Positions 50,643 to 64,000 are shown, numbered from the stretch's first letter. The stretch: 64,000 nucleotides of DNA from Macrostomum lignano (GCA_002269645.1 NIVC01002240.1:1-64000); one strand, 5' to 3'. Notes: generated from the sequence alone by a model not told the origin. Program-made: numbers and translations.

Positions 50643-51419
50643 TCCAAAGTTGTAAATGCAAACTTACAAGTGAAATTTTTGCTTTGTTCCTTCTTGAACC
50701 CAGTATAATTTGTAAAAAAACTGTTGCATGCAGTACTCTGATGTTTTAAGCTGGACCTTGGCTTAAAAATGACAGCTTTCCAAAGACTAGGTCAACAAAA
50801 ATATGAAAAATGATATTTAAACATTGTCTACAATTAATAATCTAGACAGGTCTAAGAAGAACTACTAATATGCATTTAAAATGGAACTATACCAACAATA
50901 TTGGCTTAAGAGTGCCTGAATGCACCAGTTTTTGCCCCCCCCCCCACCCACATGCTCATACTTATACTTCCTAGCTAACCAAGCATCTAAGCAAGCTAAG
51001 ATCAAAGCAAGCTGTACTTTCCCACGGCTTCAAGAGTGCCTAATTAATTAATATTCGGTATGTTAATTTCTACTTGTTGGTGACTGGGAACTTTTGCATG
51101 CAGCTGGTACTGGGTGAATTTCAGTTCTTGCACTGCAGGTGCTTGCGATTTGTAATTCGGTTCGCGCTGTTTATAATAAGCAGTCTGGTTGGTGAGACAA
51201 CAGGAGAACATTTCTATAATACCAGTTTTTTATGACCTTGCGCTGATCGTTGAAAGTTATTTTGGATTTGGTTTTGGGGCAGCGAATTTAATGAAGTTAA
51301 AAGAATGCGTATTGAAAATGAATAATGGGAGAATTGAGCAAGAATTGTAGTATGTTGGGAATTTTAGAGATCAGATAATCTTTTAGGTTTTTTGAATGAG
51401 AGAATGAGAACCAGATGAG

Positions 51420-51895
51420 AATGTTGGCGAGATGTGAATGTCGGCGAGATGAGAATGTCGGCGAGATGAGAATGTCGGCGAGATGAGAATGTCGGCGAGA
51501 TGAGAATGTCGGCGAGATGAGAATGTCGGCGAGATGAGAATGTCGGCGAGATGAGAATGTCGGCGAGATGAGAATGTCGGCGAGATGAGAATGTCGGCGA
51601 GATGAGAATGTCGGCGAGATGAGAATGTCGGCGAGATGAGAATGTCGGCGAGATGAGAATGTCGGCGAGATGAGAATGTCGGCGAGATGAGAATGTCGGC
51701 GAGATGAGAATGTCGGCGAGATGAGAATGTCGGCGAGATGAGAATGTCGGCGAGATGAGAATGTCGGCGAGATGAGAATGTCGGCAAGATGAGAATGTCG
51801 GCGAGATAAGATTGTCAGCGAAATGAGTCGGCGAGATGAGGATCGGTGACATGAAAATGTCGGCGAGATGAGATTCCGCGAGCTGCGACGTGCCC
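51420..51895. repeat. 17 bp homogeneous tandem array (ATGAGAATGTCGGCGAG) ending in a unique ...CGACGTGCCC terminus
   Basis: About 22-24 almost perfect units that decay towards 51895. Confidence 0.92.
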
Positions 51896-53199
51896 AAGAA
51901 TCTTGGCTTTTTCTAGTACTTTTGCATGCTCGAGGTTCTTTCACGCGTTACTGAATATCCAACCAATTGTTTAATTAACTTCTTCTTGTGACAGCGTCAG
52001 GAAATAGCTGTTTGCTGAGCTCGTAAATTCTGACAGGCTGATATGGTTTTCCGTTTCACTGGAATTAGTGGAAATGAATTGAATCACTTCCTTTTTAAAA
52101 GTACAGAAGTCTGGCACCTATCTCGTATATGCATGGTTCGCGCTATGCCTTGCTATTCCTATTCGTACGGGTTCCATTGAACCCTACATACATGTATCTT
52201 TCTAATCGATTTCCTTATCGTTCTGGTTCTGGCAATATACGAATAGGTCGTAGATAGCTCTTATTTCAACTCCCCTGCCACGTTACTTGAGAGCTTGCGA
52301 TATGTTTGTACATATAGAGCAAGTTGAACTTGTATGGTATACAGTTTTTACTCAATGAGCAACTGAAATCAGCTACTTTTGTATTTTCCATTAATTTCTA
52401 TTTTTTCCAACTCTAGAACTTGGAAGCTTCTTCAGAACTAAGTAAAAGTTCCCCTTGTCAGTCTATTTCGCGAGCGTGTACTTGCTGTATATTGTGTTTG
52501 TGGCCCTTGGACGGCCGTATCGCGGGGTTTACAGTAAAAACCAGTTCACTCACTGGCTGGGGCAAGTCTAAAAATAGATGGCCTACTAAGTCCTTCAAGT
52601 GACCTCAGCACGCGTCTAGCAGGAGGGGAAGGCATGACAATATAAAAAAGCTGTGCAGCATTTGGGTAAAGCATAACACAGGTAGAGAAACTGGTTAGTT
52701 CTAGCCTCACTATACTCGTTTGCTTCTCTTAATTATTTTTCTAGCCTGCCTCAGTGGCTCTATAAAAGACAATACTAAACCGTGCGTGCGTCAGGGAGCA
52801 AGCAAAGCAGTCTGCAAAACAAGCCGTGACCCCAGCTAAGGTTTGAAACTCAACGCATACTTTGCAAAGGTAATAAGGCTTCTAAATTTTACTTTGATTT
52901 TGTATTAATTCCATACTCGCATCATCTACGAAGTACTGGCGATTTTTGAATCCGGATTTTCTCCGGTTCTAGACGCGTTCTTTTTCCCACGATCGATGTC
53001 CCTCAGTCTCCTGCTCTTTCCTGTATAGATGAACAGGAGACGAGAAACTGAGTACAGCGTACTGTACTGTACACTGTACACTCGGCTAATGTGTGATTGC
53101 GGCAGGAAGTACCGCTCTCGGTCGAGAATTTTCATCCTCTTACCCCTTCCCTCTCTCTCTCTTCCCCCCAGTCTACCCCTAGGGCCTCCTGTATTCCCG

Positions 53200-53350
53200 A
53201 TTCCCATCCCCTCGTCCTCTAACAGAGAATTATAAGACGCCGAACAGAGGCAGCCTTCCCCGACTTAACCAGCGACTCTCATAGAGATACCAAGTTTACT
53301 TATCCGCCAAGGAATAACTCTGTCGTAAAATATCTCTTTTTGGTTGAACG
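53200..53350 (+). other. Probable non-coding first exon of PC
   Basis: CT-rich stretch and TTATAAG upstream, donor CG|GTAAGT at 53351, no ATG in the segment. Confidence 0.35.
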
Positions 53351-53896
53351 GTAAGTGCGAGAATAGAAATTAAATTACATTGTGTGCTTGAAATGAAAAT
53401 ACGGTAGCTTTTACGTAGCTTTTACGGTAGCTTAGCTTCTTACATTTGTTATTAAAATGCACTCAGTATAGGAATTGAATTATTAGCCCAAACTTACTAT
53501 ATTTCTTTGCCCAACGCAAAAAACACATTGAGTGAGCAAATGCTTACCAAATGTGGGCCGAAAGTGTAGGCAAAGGTCCTAGAAAGGGTTGTGCATTGGA
53601 AAGAATAACAGACACCTTCGCAAATTTAACAGCAGACGTCTGATTCATCTACTTATACTAGAAATGTGAACATTTTAGTACTATAAAATCAGTTTGCGGA
53701 TTTATTCAGTAAATTCTAGCCCGGTTAGTGAACTGATATTCAATCCGAGATGTAATGAAATATTTTACCTGTCCCAATCAAGTTTTAGTGAGTTTAAGTG
53801 AATTCGAATAATCAAATATTATTATCAAATAGGCAGGATGATTTTTATTACTTTCTTACCAAATTTTACCGACCCAATCAAAGCCAGGCAGCCCAA

Positions 53897-56800
53897 ATGT
53901 CCGACGACGAGTCCCAGCAGATTGACCACTCCTTCCACTCGCTTCTGGAGTCTAGCAATGAGAAACGCGTCTTCAAGCGCATCCTGGTGGCTAACCGGGG
54001 CGAAATTGCCATGCGCATCTACCGGGCCTGCAGCGAGTTGGGCATCCGGTCCATCGGTGTCTACAGCGAGGTGGACACGATGCACATGCACCGCACCATG
54101 GCCGATGAGAGCTACCTGATTGGCAAGGGCCTGCCGCCTGTGCAAGCCTATCTAAACATACCGACTATAGTGCAGGTGGCCAAGGAGACTGGCGCGGACG
54201 CCGTGCATCCGGGCTACGGATTCCTGTCGGAGAGTGCGGAGTTTGCGCAGGCCTGCAACGACGCTGGAATAGTGTTCATCGGGCCAAAGCCTGAGACTGT
54301 GGCTCTACTTGGAGACAAGGTTTGTGCGCTTTTTTGTTCGACTAACACAGGCTATTCCAAGTTAGTTTTTTATGAAAAGCATTAGGATTCGATCCGCCAC
54401 TCTTCACTGAAAACTAACTCAGGTGAAAGCCCGTGCCGCTTCCGTCGCCGCCGGTGTCCCCGTGGTACCCGGCTCGCCCGGGCCAATCCAAAGCGCTAAG
54501 GAGGTGACCGATTTCTGCGCCGAGCATGGCTTCCCGGTCATCCTTAAGGCGGCCTTCGGCGGTGGCGGCCGCGGCATGCGAATTGTACGCCGCGCCGAGG
54601 ATCTCGTTGAATCGTTCGAGCGGGCCACTTCTGAGGCGAAGGCGGCGTTCGGAAACGGGTCCATGTTTGTGGAGCGCTACGTGGAGAATGCAAGGCACAT
54701 TGAGGTGAGCATATGCCATATTAGCTGTATGAAGTTTTATCCTACAGACGGAGGGTTGATTGACTCTCCTTCAACGCATTATGAAATCTTTAGGGTTTAG
54801 CCGTTTTACTGACGTGTGATTTGCTGGTTTGACAAGTGACATTCTAAATCTTCTCTGCAGATACAAATCCTAGCTGACAGCAAGGGAAATGTTGTTCACC
54901 TGCACGAGCGCGACTGTTCGGTTCAACGTCGCCACCAGAAGGTAGTGGAAATTGCTCCTGCTCCGTACTTGGACCCTGCGGTGGCGGCGGCCATTGCGGG
55001 CGACGCTGTGAAGCTCATGCGCCACGTAGGCTATCAGAATGCCGGCACCGTGGAGTTCCTCTATGAGCAGCACACTGGACAGCACTTCTTCATGGAGGTT
55101 AACCCGCGAATCCAGGTCGAGCACACTGTCACTGAGGAGGTCACTGGAGTCGATATTGTGCGCAAGCAGGTGAGATTAACACAGTCGCAGAGCATCTGAA
55201 GTTAAACCTAAAGCTGATACATTACCATTTTCTTCCTTGTTCAGTTTCTTTCTGGTCGCTTGACAATATCTACACATAACGTTTGCTGTGATAAGCAGTC
55301 CAAACCGTGACAGCTTACATTGGCAAGCCGATTCCCTCTGGCACTAACCATTGCTTTTTATTTCACTCCAACCCCCTGTCCTTTCTAGATACGCATAGCC
55401 GAGGGCTACACGCTGGCTCAGCAGGACATCAGTCAGGAATCAATCAAAGTCCACGGCTTCGCTATGCAGTGCCGCATCACCACCGAGGATCCGCACCGGG
55501 GCTTCCAGCCCGACTCTGGCCGCCTGGAAGACTTCCGCCCCGGCCTGGGCATCGGCATCCGCCTGGACTCGGCCAGCGCCTACGCTGGCGCCATCATCTC
55601 GCCCTACTACGACAGCCTGCTGTGCAAGGTGATCGTCAAGGCAAGCAACTTCCACGACTGCGTGGTGAAAACCTACCGCTGCCTTGGAGAGTTTCGCATA
55701 CGCGGCGTCAAGACCAACATACCGTTTTTGCGAAACCTGCTGAACTGCTCGGAATTCCTTTCTGGCCCAGTCAGCACCGGCTTTCTGGACCGCAATCCGC
55801 AGCTGGTAAAGCAGAAGACATCTAAAAACAAGGCCCAGCGCCTGCTGTTCTTTATTGGTGAGTGCAGGGGATTAATGAGTCATGTAAAATGTGTCTATAG
55901 GCAATGGGTATCACCACATAAACGCGCTACTACTAAATTTCATCCACAGCCGAGACGCTGGTGAATGGATCAACAACTCCGATAAGTAACAAGGATATCC
56001 GCATTCCCGAAGTGAATCCACCGGTGCCGGATATTGACTATTGTAAGTAATGTATTTTTCTATTTCCCTTACTTCTGAATTCAAAATGCAAAGATACGAG
56101 CCTAAATGTCGGGAAGCACAGTGGTGCAGTTTTGGTCACTTGTACTCATCTTTTTGGCTTTTTGCCCTTCTGCCAAATAAAATTTTCAGTACTTAGTCGC
56201 CAGCTTAGTATGGGGATTTTAGTATATGGATTTTTATACGTAAGTTGTTTTAATTGAACAGAATTTTATGATATCCCGATAAAAAAGACTCGTATGTTTC
56301 CAACTACTTCAGCCTCCAGCTGCCCCCCCGGTTGGCGGCAGATTTTGCTTAAAGAGGGACCTGAGGCCTTTGCCAAGGCCATCCTGCGTCATCCGACTGT
56401 TCTCCTCACGGACACCACGATGCGCGATGCCCACCAGTCGCTACTGGCTACTCGAGTTCGAACTCACGACCTCATCAAGATTGCTCCCTTTGTAGCCAGA
56501 CGCATGGAGAATCTACTTTCACTCGAGTGCTGGGGCGGCGCCACCTTTGATGTGGCCATGCGCTTTCTGCACGAGTGCCCGTGGGATCGACTTGAAGAGC
56601 TGCGGAAGAGGATCCCTAATATCCCGTTTCAGATGCTGCTGCGCGGCGCGAACGCTGTTGGCTACACCAACTACCCGGACAACGTGGTGTACAAGTTCTG
56701 CGAGGAGGCTGTCAAGTCCGGCATGGACATATTTCGCGTTTTTGATTGTCTTAACTACGTACCAAATATGCTTGTTGGTATGGACGCTGTGCGCAAAGCC

Positions 56801-58243
56801 GGCGGCGTGGTTGAAGCCGCGTTGTGCTACACGGGAGACGTCACCCGTTCAGAAAAGTACACCTTGCAGTACTATTTGGACACTGCGGAGCAGCTTGTGC
56901 GCGCCGGGACGCATATCTTAGCCATCAAAGACATGGCTGGCTTGCTGAAGCCCGATGGAGCGCGCCTGTTGGTGCGCGCTCTGAAGACAAAGTTCCCGGA
57001 CTACCCGCTGCACGTGCACACACACGACACAGCTGGAGCCGGAGTGGCCACGCTACTCGCCTGTGCCGAAGCTGGCGCCGACATAATTGACGCCGCCGTC
57101 GACTCAATGAGCGGAATAACTTCGCAGCCGTCGATGGGTGCCCTGGTGGCCAGTCTGGGCGGCAACGGTGGGGGTCTCCGAATGCCGGACGTGACGCAGT
57201 ACAGCTCCTACTGGGAGTTGACCCGACGTCTTTACGCCAACTTTGAGTGCACGAGCACTATGCGTAGCGGAAATGCTGACGTCTACGAGAACCAGATCCC
57301 AGGTGGACAGTATACCAACCTGCAGTTTCAGTCCATGAGCCTTGGACTCGCTGATCAGTTTGAACTGGTCAAGAAAAGATTTTCCGAGGCCAACCAACTG
57401 CTTGGTGACATTATCAAGGTGACTCCGAGCTCGAAGATTGTGGGAGACCTGGCCCAGTTTATGGTGCAGAACGGCCTGTCTTATAATGATGTTCTTGAGA
57501 GGGCTTCTGACCTCTCTTTTCCAACGTCTGTTATCGAGTTTTTCGACGGTCACGTCGGACAGCCGTACGGCGGCTTCCCTCCCAAGCTGGCGGCCGCTGT
57601 TCTTAGGGGTCGCCCGCCGACCTACACAGACCGACCGGGCGCCAAGATGCCACCATTCGACTTCGATGCGCTTCGTGAGCGTTTAAATGAGAAGTTCAGC
57701 GATCTTCACATCACGGAGAAGGATTTGATTAGCTCTGCACTGTATCCCCGCATGCACGAGCAGTTTATGATTAACCGTCGTCTATACGGTCCGGTATGGT
57801 TGCTAGATACGCGAGTGTTCTTCCAGGGCCCCAAGACGGCTGAGGAGCTGGAGATCCAGCTGCATCAAGGCAAGACGATGTATGTCAAGCCACTGGCCGT
57901 GGCTGGCGTGGACAAGCGTGGCCAGCGAGAGTGCTTCTTCGAGGTCAACGGTCAGCAGCGGGTCGTTTACGTGACCGACCGCGAGGCCTCTAAGGACATC
58001 ATCATTCGCCCGAAGGCCGACCAGAACAACAAGGGCTCCGTCGGTTCGCCGATGCCTGGCGAGATTCTCGCTATCAAGGTTAAACAGGGCGACGCTGTTG
58101 AGAAAGGCCAGGCTCTGATAGTGGTGTCCGCTATGAAAATGGAGCTGGTCGTTTCGGCTCCTATAACCGGCAAAGTGAAATCTGTGTACGTGACGGTCAA
58201 GGACAAGGTGGAAGGCAACGACCTGGTGATGGACCTCGAGTGA
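53897..58243 (+). CDS. PC: Pyruvate carboxylase, 6 coding exons, 1168 aa
   Basis: Exons 53897-54319, 54423-54704, 54861-55169, 55389-55857, 55950-56042 and 56313-58243, all GT-AG and in phase (3507 nt). Biotin carboxylase motifs [41 protein letters not shown]. Carboxyltransferase motifs [21 protein letters not shown]. Biotinyl motif SAMKME. Confidence 0.98.
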
Positions 58244-59039
58244 ATGACTATTCTAAGTAGATTGGGACCGACAGACGGTTTTGACTCTACTAGATTTGTA
58301 GTGTGTTAGCTGTTCATTTAGATTTTGCACAGTTATAACTCGACCGATCCAGTTTTCCATCGTCGTGTAGCCTTCAAGACAACAATTTTTTTCAGTAGCA
58401 AGTTTTTTACAAAAAAAAATATTTGGCTCATCTACGAAGGCTCCTCAGTGAACGTTAAATTAGATAGTTTTCATTTCCATTTGTTATTGCAAAATCTTGC
58501 CGTTCGTGAAGCATACTCTGGATTTTTGTTGGTACGATGGCATGCCATATTTTGAAATTTGTATGACGGGTAGATGCTACATATTAGCTAGATGCTCTTT
58601 TAATTAGTTTTAGTCTTTAGGCCTAGCCAATTCCAACAAAACAATGCAGCTTTTTCGACTAGCGTCTTGTTAACTAGCTTGGAATTAGTTACTTTCTATT
58701 AACTCTTATATTCACACGTACTATTAGTAATCTCATTGCCCTACTATCATTTTTATCGAACTTATTAGTACCCCACGCCTGTTATAATAGCTTTTTTGAA
58801 GTAACTATCCCATTGATAGTTACCCTTTTTGATTTAATCGCTACATTGAAGAGTAGACACAAGGTAGTTGCCGTGCGATCTAGCTTTTAGCAGTGCACCA
58901 ACAATGTCGCGTAGGATTTTTCCATAATCAATAAAATAGATCCGAAAAAAAACTGCTTAGCCTTCGTTGTTTTAGTAAACCGATCTTTTAGTGTGTCTTA
59001 ATTTACACTACAAAACTTTGAGAATGACAGCCCGGTAAT

Positions 59040-59520
59040 CTGTTTGTTTGAGAATGATGACCTGCTTGTTTGAGAATGATGGCCTGCTTGTTTGAGAATG
59101 ATGGCCTGCTTGTTTGAGAATGATGACCCGCTTGTTTGAGAATGATGACCCGCTTGTTTGAGAATGATGACCCGCTTGTTTGAGAATGATGACCTGTTTG
59201 TTTGAGAATGATGACCTGCTTGTTTGAGAATGATGGCCTGCTTGTTTGAGAATGATGGCTTGCTTGTTTGAGAATGATGACCCGCTTGTTTGAGAATGAT
59301 GGCCTGCTTGTTTGAGAATGATTACCCGCTTGTTTGAGAATGATGGCCTGCTTGTTTGAGAATGATGACCTGCTTGTTTGAGAATGATTACCCGCTTGTT
59401 TGAGAATGATGGCCTGCTTGTTTGAGAATGATGACCTGCTTGTTTGAGAACGATGACCTGCTTGTTTGAGAACGATGACCTGCTTGTTTGAGAATGATGA
59501 CCTGCTTGTTTGAGAATGAT
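59040..59520. repeat. 22 bp minisatellite (TTGTTTGAGAATGATGACCTGC)
   Basis: About 21 units visible. Confidence 0.95.
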
Positions 59521-59529
59521 CTGCTCGCC

Positions 59530-59790
59530 ATCAGCCAGCATGCAGGCAGTCGACGGAAGGGTGTCTGCAGCGTGAGCAGCAGCACCTGCGCCGGCTGCGG
59601 ACAGTAGGATTCGACAAGGCTCGATGAGGATGATGTTACCTGTCAGCTGGAGTCGCCGACGGCGCAACAGTTCACTGGGACGGGACAGGCCGGTGCGGCG
59701 ATAGAGGGCCGCGTTGGTGACTCGCTCTCAGCCGATCTTGAAGGCGGTGTGCAGCTGGGCCAGCGTGGCCCCCATGGCACTTTGGGCAGG
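59530..59790 (-). pseudogene. 3' fragment of a non-LTR retrotransposon (RTE-like) ORF
   Basis: Minus strand reads QLHTAFKIG*ERVTNAALYRRTGLSRPSELLRRRRLQLTGNI..VLLLTLQTPFRR, matching the post-RT C-terminal pattern of RTE-type LINEs (from motif recall). Confidence 0.55.
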
Positions 59791-62589
59791 TCCTATTCTC
59801 GTACATGTAGAGGGATCTCATGGTCTCGCAGTTCTCATTGTTTCGGAGGCCAGTTTATGATTTGCTAATCTAAACTGTGACAAGGGTGAACTTTAATTCT
59901 GGAGTAGTATCGTTTAAAGCTGCAGTAAAATAGACTTTTTCTTTAGTAGTCTTGTCTTGCTTATGATCCTCTTCATCATCATTGCTCATGCGGAGCTTGA
60001 GGGGCTGAAGAACTGAATATTTCGAGTGCGGAATCATTAGGTTCTTGTAGGCCTTTTCCTCTTCTTGGTTCTGGACCATGGAGGTTCGATTTCTAGATGC
60101 AACTACGCTAGTACTTGTCTTGTTAGGGAAAACACCAAAGTAGCAGTACAATTAATACAGATTTATTAGTTGAGAACTTTTTTAAGTCTCTTCTTTTCTA
60201 TTCTAGGATAGTAAGATGGAACCTTGTGGGATGGTAATCAATTTTTAGGGGCAAGTTTTGACTGTTCTTGATGGACTTTTTTCTATTAACTGGTATATGG
60301 ATATGGAGTACATTCTCGCATGCTGCAGGGTTATCTTCCTTGGGATAATGAGGTCTCTAGCGTACTCTGGATGGTAGAAAAACACGGGGTTCATTTAGAG
60401 CGCTGATTTCCTGTATTTTTATAGTGTTTCAGAACCCACTTAAGTCACGTGCATCGTGCTTATCACGGTAAGTGTCAAATGCTAAATTAGTGCTAAAGTT
60501 TCTGTTGTGCATTGAGAGAATGCCTCCTATCAACGCGCGCATTGATGTACTACTATTAATTCTCTTACTGACTCTCTCGTTCCCTTCAAGTTTCGCTTTT
60601 TGTCTATGTCCTATCTCTCTACAGGCATTCGTATATTTTAGAGCACCGCTCTCTTGTTTGTTTCCTAAAAGCATGTTTGAGCCTTAAGGCAATATAGAAA
60701 ACAATAAAGTGCTTCAGCATTAACGCTGCTCTAAGTCTTTGGAGAAGAGTCCACGTTCTGACGACAGTGCATGAGCCACTTCAGTTTCCACCATGAAACC
60801 AGTGGTCAATTTTTCTCAGAGTTCGGTCCCAAGTGACGCAATTCACATCCTGACCGCGGCTCTCGTCTCAAAATTTGGGTGATGCAATTTGCGTCACAAG
60901 CTTAGGCTGGTGGAGAGAATGGAGAGTTATGGCTAGACTTAGATTAAAGCTGCCACTTTTTGACGTTATCAGGAAACTTTAACATGCTGCTGAGTCTACT
61001 TGAAGTATTATATCTACAAGGTCCTGGGCTGCGACCTTTCTTTAAAAGTATCTTCTACGAGCGTAAGGTAGAGCCTTGTGGTGGAGGATTATCTTACGTA
61101 CTGTAACCAAGCGAGTGACGAGGAGTCACTGATTAGTTTATTCGCGGGTTAAGGTCTATCCGAAAGCACACTTTCCGGGACTGATTCCATGAGAAATGTG
61201 GACCCGCAGCATACGCACACGGTTACCTTCGCAGGCACAATCTCACACAAGGTGTACAGTGGCCCTGAAGGAGCGGTTCTTCATAAACGAGAATCGCACA
61301 AGCCCCAAAATACGAGTACTTGGCCGTGTGTCTTACAACACATGCTATATGTTATTTTGTCATGTGTAGAGTTTTACTTCACTACTTACTGCATTGAAAC
61401 AAGTAGTCTGTGTTGCATATGGTTGCATCATTTTCGTTTATTCTTCAGCACTTTCCGCAACATGTGTGTCTACTTTGAATTTAAAGTGTTGATTCCGGGG
61501 CCTAACTTCGTTCAAGTTCCCATGAAATCCCTATTTTATCCCCTCAATTATCCCCTGGGAACCCAGAAAGAGAACCGGATGGGATGTCCTGGCGTTTCTA
61601 GTCGAATTGATTGTAAATTTATCGATTTTAGCCCACATTTCTCTCTATTCCTCTACTTCCTCCCTCAATGGCGGAAGACTTACTCAGCCTCACAATCTAA
61701 AATTTAACCACGATGAAGTGGCTCCTCAAGCCTATAGTACGCTCGTAGCTATGCGCATGGCGCCCAAGGCAAGGCAAAACGCATTAATTATAAATTCTTA
61801 GTTTTAGCATTCTTGAATAGCCGTGCACAAATAGGAGCGTTCAAGGAATTTAACAATGCCATCGCCAACTGCAGATGCAGCTGAGCTGAGAAAGATGCTG
61901 CTATTCTGAAGCAGTCTAGCTATGAACATTCCAAGTCAAATTCTAGTCCATTGTTTAGTTGGGGAAAAACTTTTTTAACTTTGTTCTGCTTACATGATTA
62001 GCAAGGCTGGGAAGGCAGTGTAACTATGACAACCAACCTGTAAACCCGATGCTGCGACAGCCTACTTTAAAGCCAACGAAGCTGTTATAGTATTTTTGTG
62101 TGACCTAATCTTCCTCTAGAAAGCAAAATTTCTGCTCAGATGCAGGCTAAGGTGAGTATTGTAACCTCAACATTGCTTGTAGTGAATTTTGGAGTAGTTC
62201 AATAGATCCGAGAGTTAAACTGAGTTAGTTGTTTTCAAGCTTGGAATTTTTATTTTACCGTTGCGTTTTCATAACCAGATTCATATGGAATATTTCAGCT
62301 TCTGGGATCTGCTGTCTGCTGGACAGTTCTTGTGGTTTCCTTCGGTACCAGCAGTCTAGTTTCCAGCTCAGCTGCCGTCAGCTTCCAGCAGCTCAAGGCT
62401 TGTCCCGCAGAGTCGGTGGCCCAGTCCGATGGCGTCAACATCGAGTCGGGCAGCAGCCTGGCGCTTCGAATTGCCTGCTCAGCTGACAATGACGCGACCA
62501 GCTGCCAAGAGCTGAGATGCACTCTGAGCTGCAAACTGAAGTCCAAGTGCGCCGCTGCACTCCCGTTGAAAAATTATGGAAACATTTAT

Positions 62590-62895
62590 AGGAACTTTTG
62601 CCTATGAAAGTTACCAAAAAGTTACCATTCTCGCAGCCAATCGGAAGGCGTATGCGTTAGGAAACATTTACACACATAGCCAATCAGAGGGCCGGAATAT
62701 GGTAACTTTTTGCAGAAAAGTTACCAAAAGTTACCATTTCAATTTTACACGTACGGGGATAGGGAGTTACCAAAAGTTGCCATTGATGTTTCCATTCGTT
62801 TCTGTTGAGAAGCTCCCAAAAGTTCCCAAAAGTTGCCATTGATGTTTCCATTCGCTTCTGGTGAGAAGCTCCCAAAAGTTACCAAAAGTTACAAT
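62590..62895. repeat. AAAAGTTACC/AAAGTTGCC short repeats with a ~60 bp duplication; possible non-autonomous element
   Basis: Repeated AAGTTACCAAAAGTT motifs and a duplicated CCATTGATGTTTCCATTCG...GAGAAGCTCCCAAAAGTT segment. Confidence 0.55.
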
Positions 62896-63597
62896 TGATG
62901 GTTTAATTTGCCTATTGTAAGAAAATTGCTTAGGCTGACAATTTCCCATTGTAATAATTATTCACTTCTGATTAAAAGCAAATAGAAGTTAAGGTAAAAT
63001 TCTCTCAAGAGTTTTGAGTTTGGTAGTGGATCTGGGTAACAAAATGGGAGAAACAGTTTGTTAGGTGTGTATTTATAACACTGTAAATGCAAAAGATGCT
63101 GATTGGCTAGTAGTTTGTAGCAGTGAAAAAAGAAGGAAACAGCAGTATGAGAATGCAATATAACGACTTAACGTAACAGTGAAAAACATAAAAAGATTAC
63201 CAAAAGCACACTATACATAGTAAATGCAGTGTGAGTATTGATGAAGAGAAAGAACAACAATGTCATCCAAATTAAATTCAAACAAAAGTTAACGTGGAGC
63301 AAAAAATGTAAGGCAAAGGTAATCTAGTTGAATTTAAACAGTTTCAACAATGGAACAGCAATTCATTTAACAATTAAAAAAATATTTTGATTCCCGTACA
63401 CTAATCCCGGCACATGTTTGACGCAGTTGCAATTAGTCGAAAACGAATAGCCGTAATGCTTATTAGCAGCAGCATACGAGTACACGGACTGGGGGATATT
63501 ACAAAAAAACTGTCTAGGTTTCGCGAACATTTCTCTTTGATCTCTTTGAGCTCCGAGAAGGTTGCTGCTTTGTTCGCTTCTCCCCTTTTTTTATTGT

Positions 63598-63897
63598 CCC
63601 GCCGCCACTTAGCGCACTCGTCTTGGTTGAGGAGGACTGATCGGTCCCGCCGCCACTTAGCGCACTCGTCTCGTCGGTTGAGGAGGACTGATCGGTCCCG
63701 CCGCCACTTAGCGCACTCGTCTTGGTTGAGGAGGACTGATCGGTCCCGCCGCCACTTAGCGCACTCGTCTCATCGGTTGAGGAGGACTGATCGGTCCCGC
63801 CGCCACTTAGCGCACTCGTCTCGTCGGTTGAGGAGGACTGATCGGTCCCGCCGCCACTTAGCGCACTCGTCTCGTCGGTTGAGGAGGACTGATCGGT
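63598..63897. repeat. 48/51 bp GC-rich tandem repeat, 6 units
   Basis: Units start at 63598, 63646, 63697, 63745, 63796 and 63847. Confidence 0.93.
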
Positions 63898-64000
63898 GAT
63901 TTGTCAGTAGGTCCTGATGCAGCAGCCATTGGAGCCTGGCGCTTGCGTCGAAGATCATTGTACTGTTTAAAATACTCGCCTCGTTTAGTCTTCTGAAATG

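Noticed and set aside
56294-58243. The long intronless 3' half of PC as a separate bacterial-type oxaloacetate decarboxylase or an HGT gene
   Set aside because: It is spliced in phase to five upstream biotin-carboxylase exons through a canonical acceptor at 56312.
62229-62607. GC-rich coding-like patch
   Set aside because: There are no convincing splice boundaries or recognisable motifs in any frame, so it cannot be assigned.

Overview
Eukaryotic (metazoan) genomic DNA with spliceosomal introns, GC-rich low-complexity exons and AT-rich, repeat-dense introns. The style resembles the free-living flatworm Macrostomum, but that is inference only. Host genes: an RGG-rich/RRM protein (1-3287, +), 1-Cys peroxiredoxin PRDX6 (6277-8145, -), a giant ankyrin-repeat gene (one ~5.4 kb exon at 12496-17913 plus small exons to 26287, +), a PIAS-type SUMO E3 ligase (~30183-36790, -) and an intact six-exon pyruvate carboxylase (53897-58243, +). 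The most unusual feature is a ~3.9 kb same-strand multi-ORF cassette (~18540-22385) inside a 7.2 kb intron of the ankyrin gene. It encodes a CRESS-DNA-virus-like Rep with a recognisable SF3 helicase but an apparently inactivated HUH nuclease, flanked by orphan ORFs and an origin-like repeat/hairpin cluster. Also notable: a 1030 bp minisatellite-filled insertion with a 13 bp direct repeat that appears to interrupt a PIAS coding exon and could be spliced out in frame. Mobile DNA is abundant and nested: two Helitron-like copies, a Foldback/MULE-like element with a 9 bp TSD, a mariner derivative inside a tRNA-SINE, a maT/DD37D relic with a MITE inside it, Gag and LINE relics, and more than a dozen minisatellite families. 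Many frameshifts in the left part are single-base losses, mostly in short homopolymers, and are probably long-read consensus errors.
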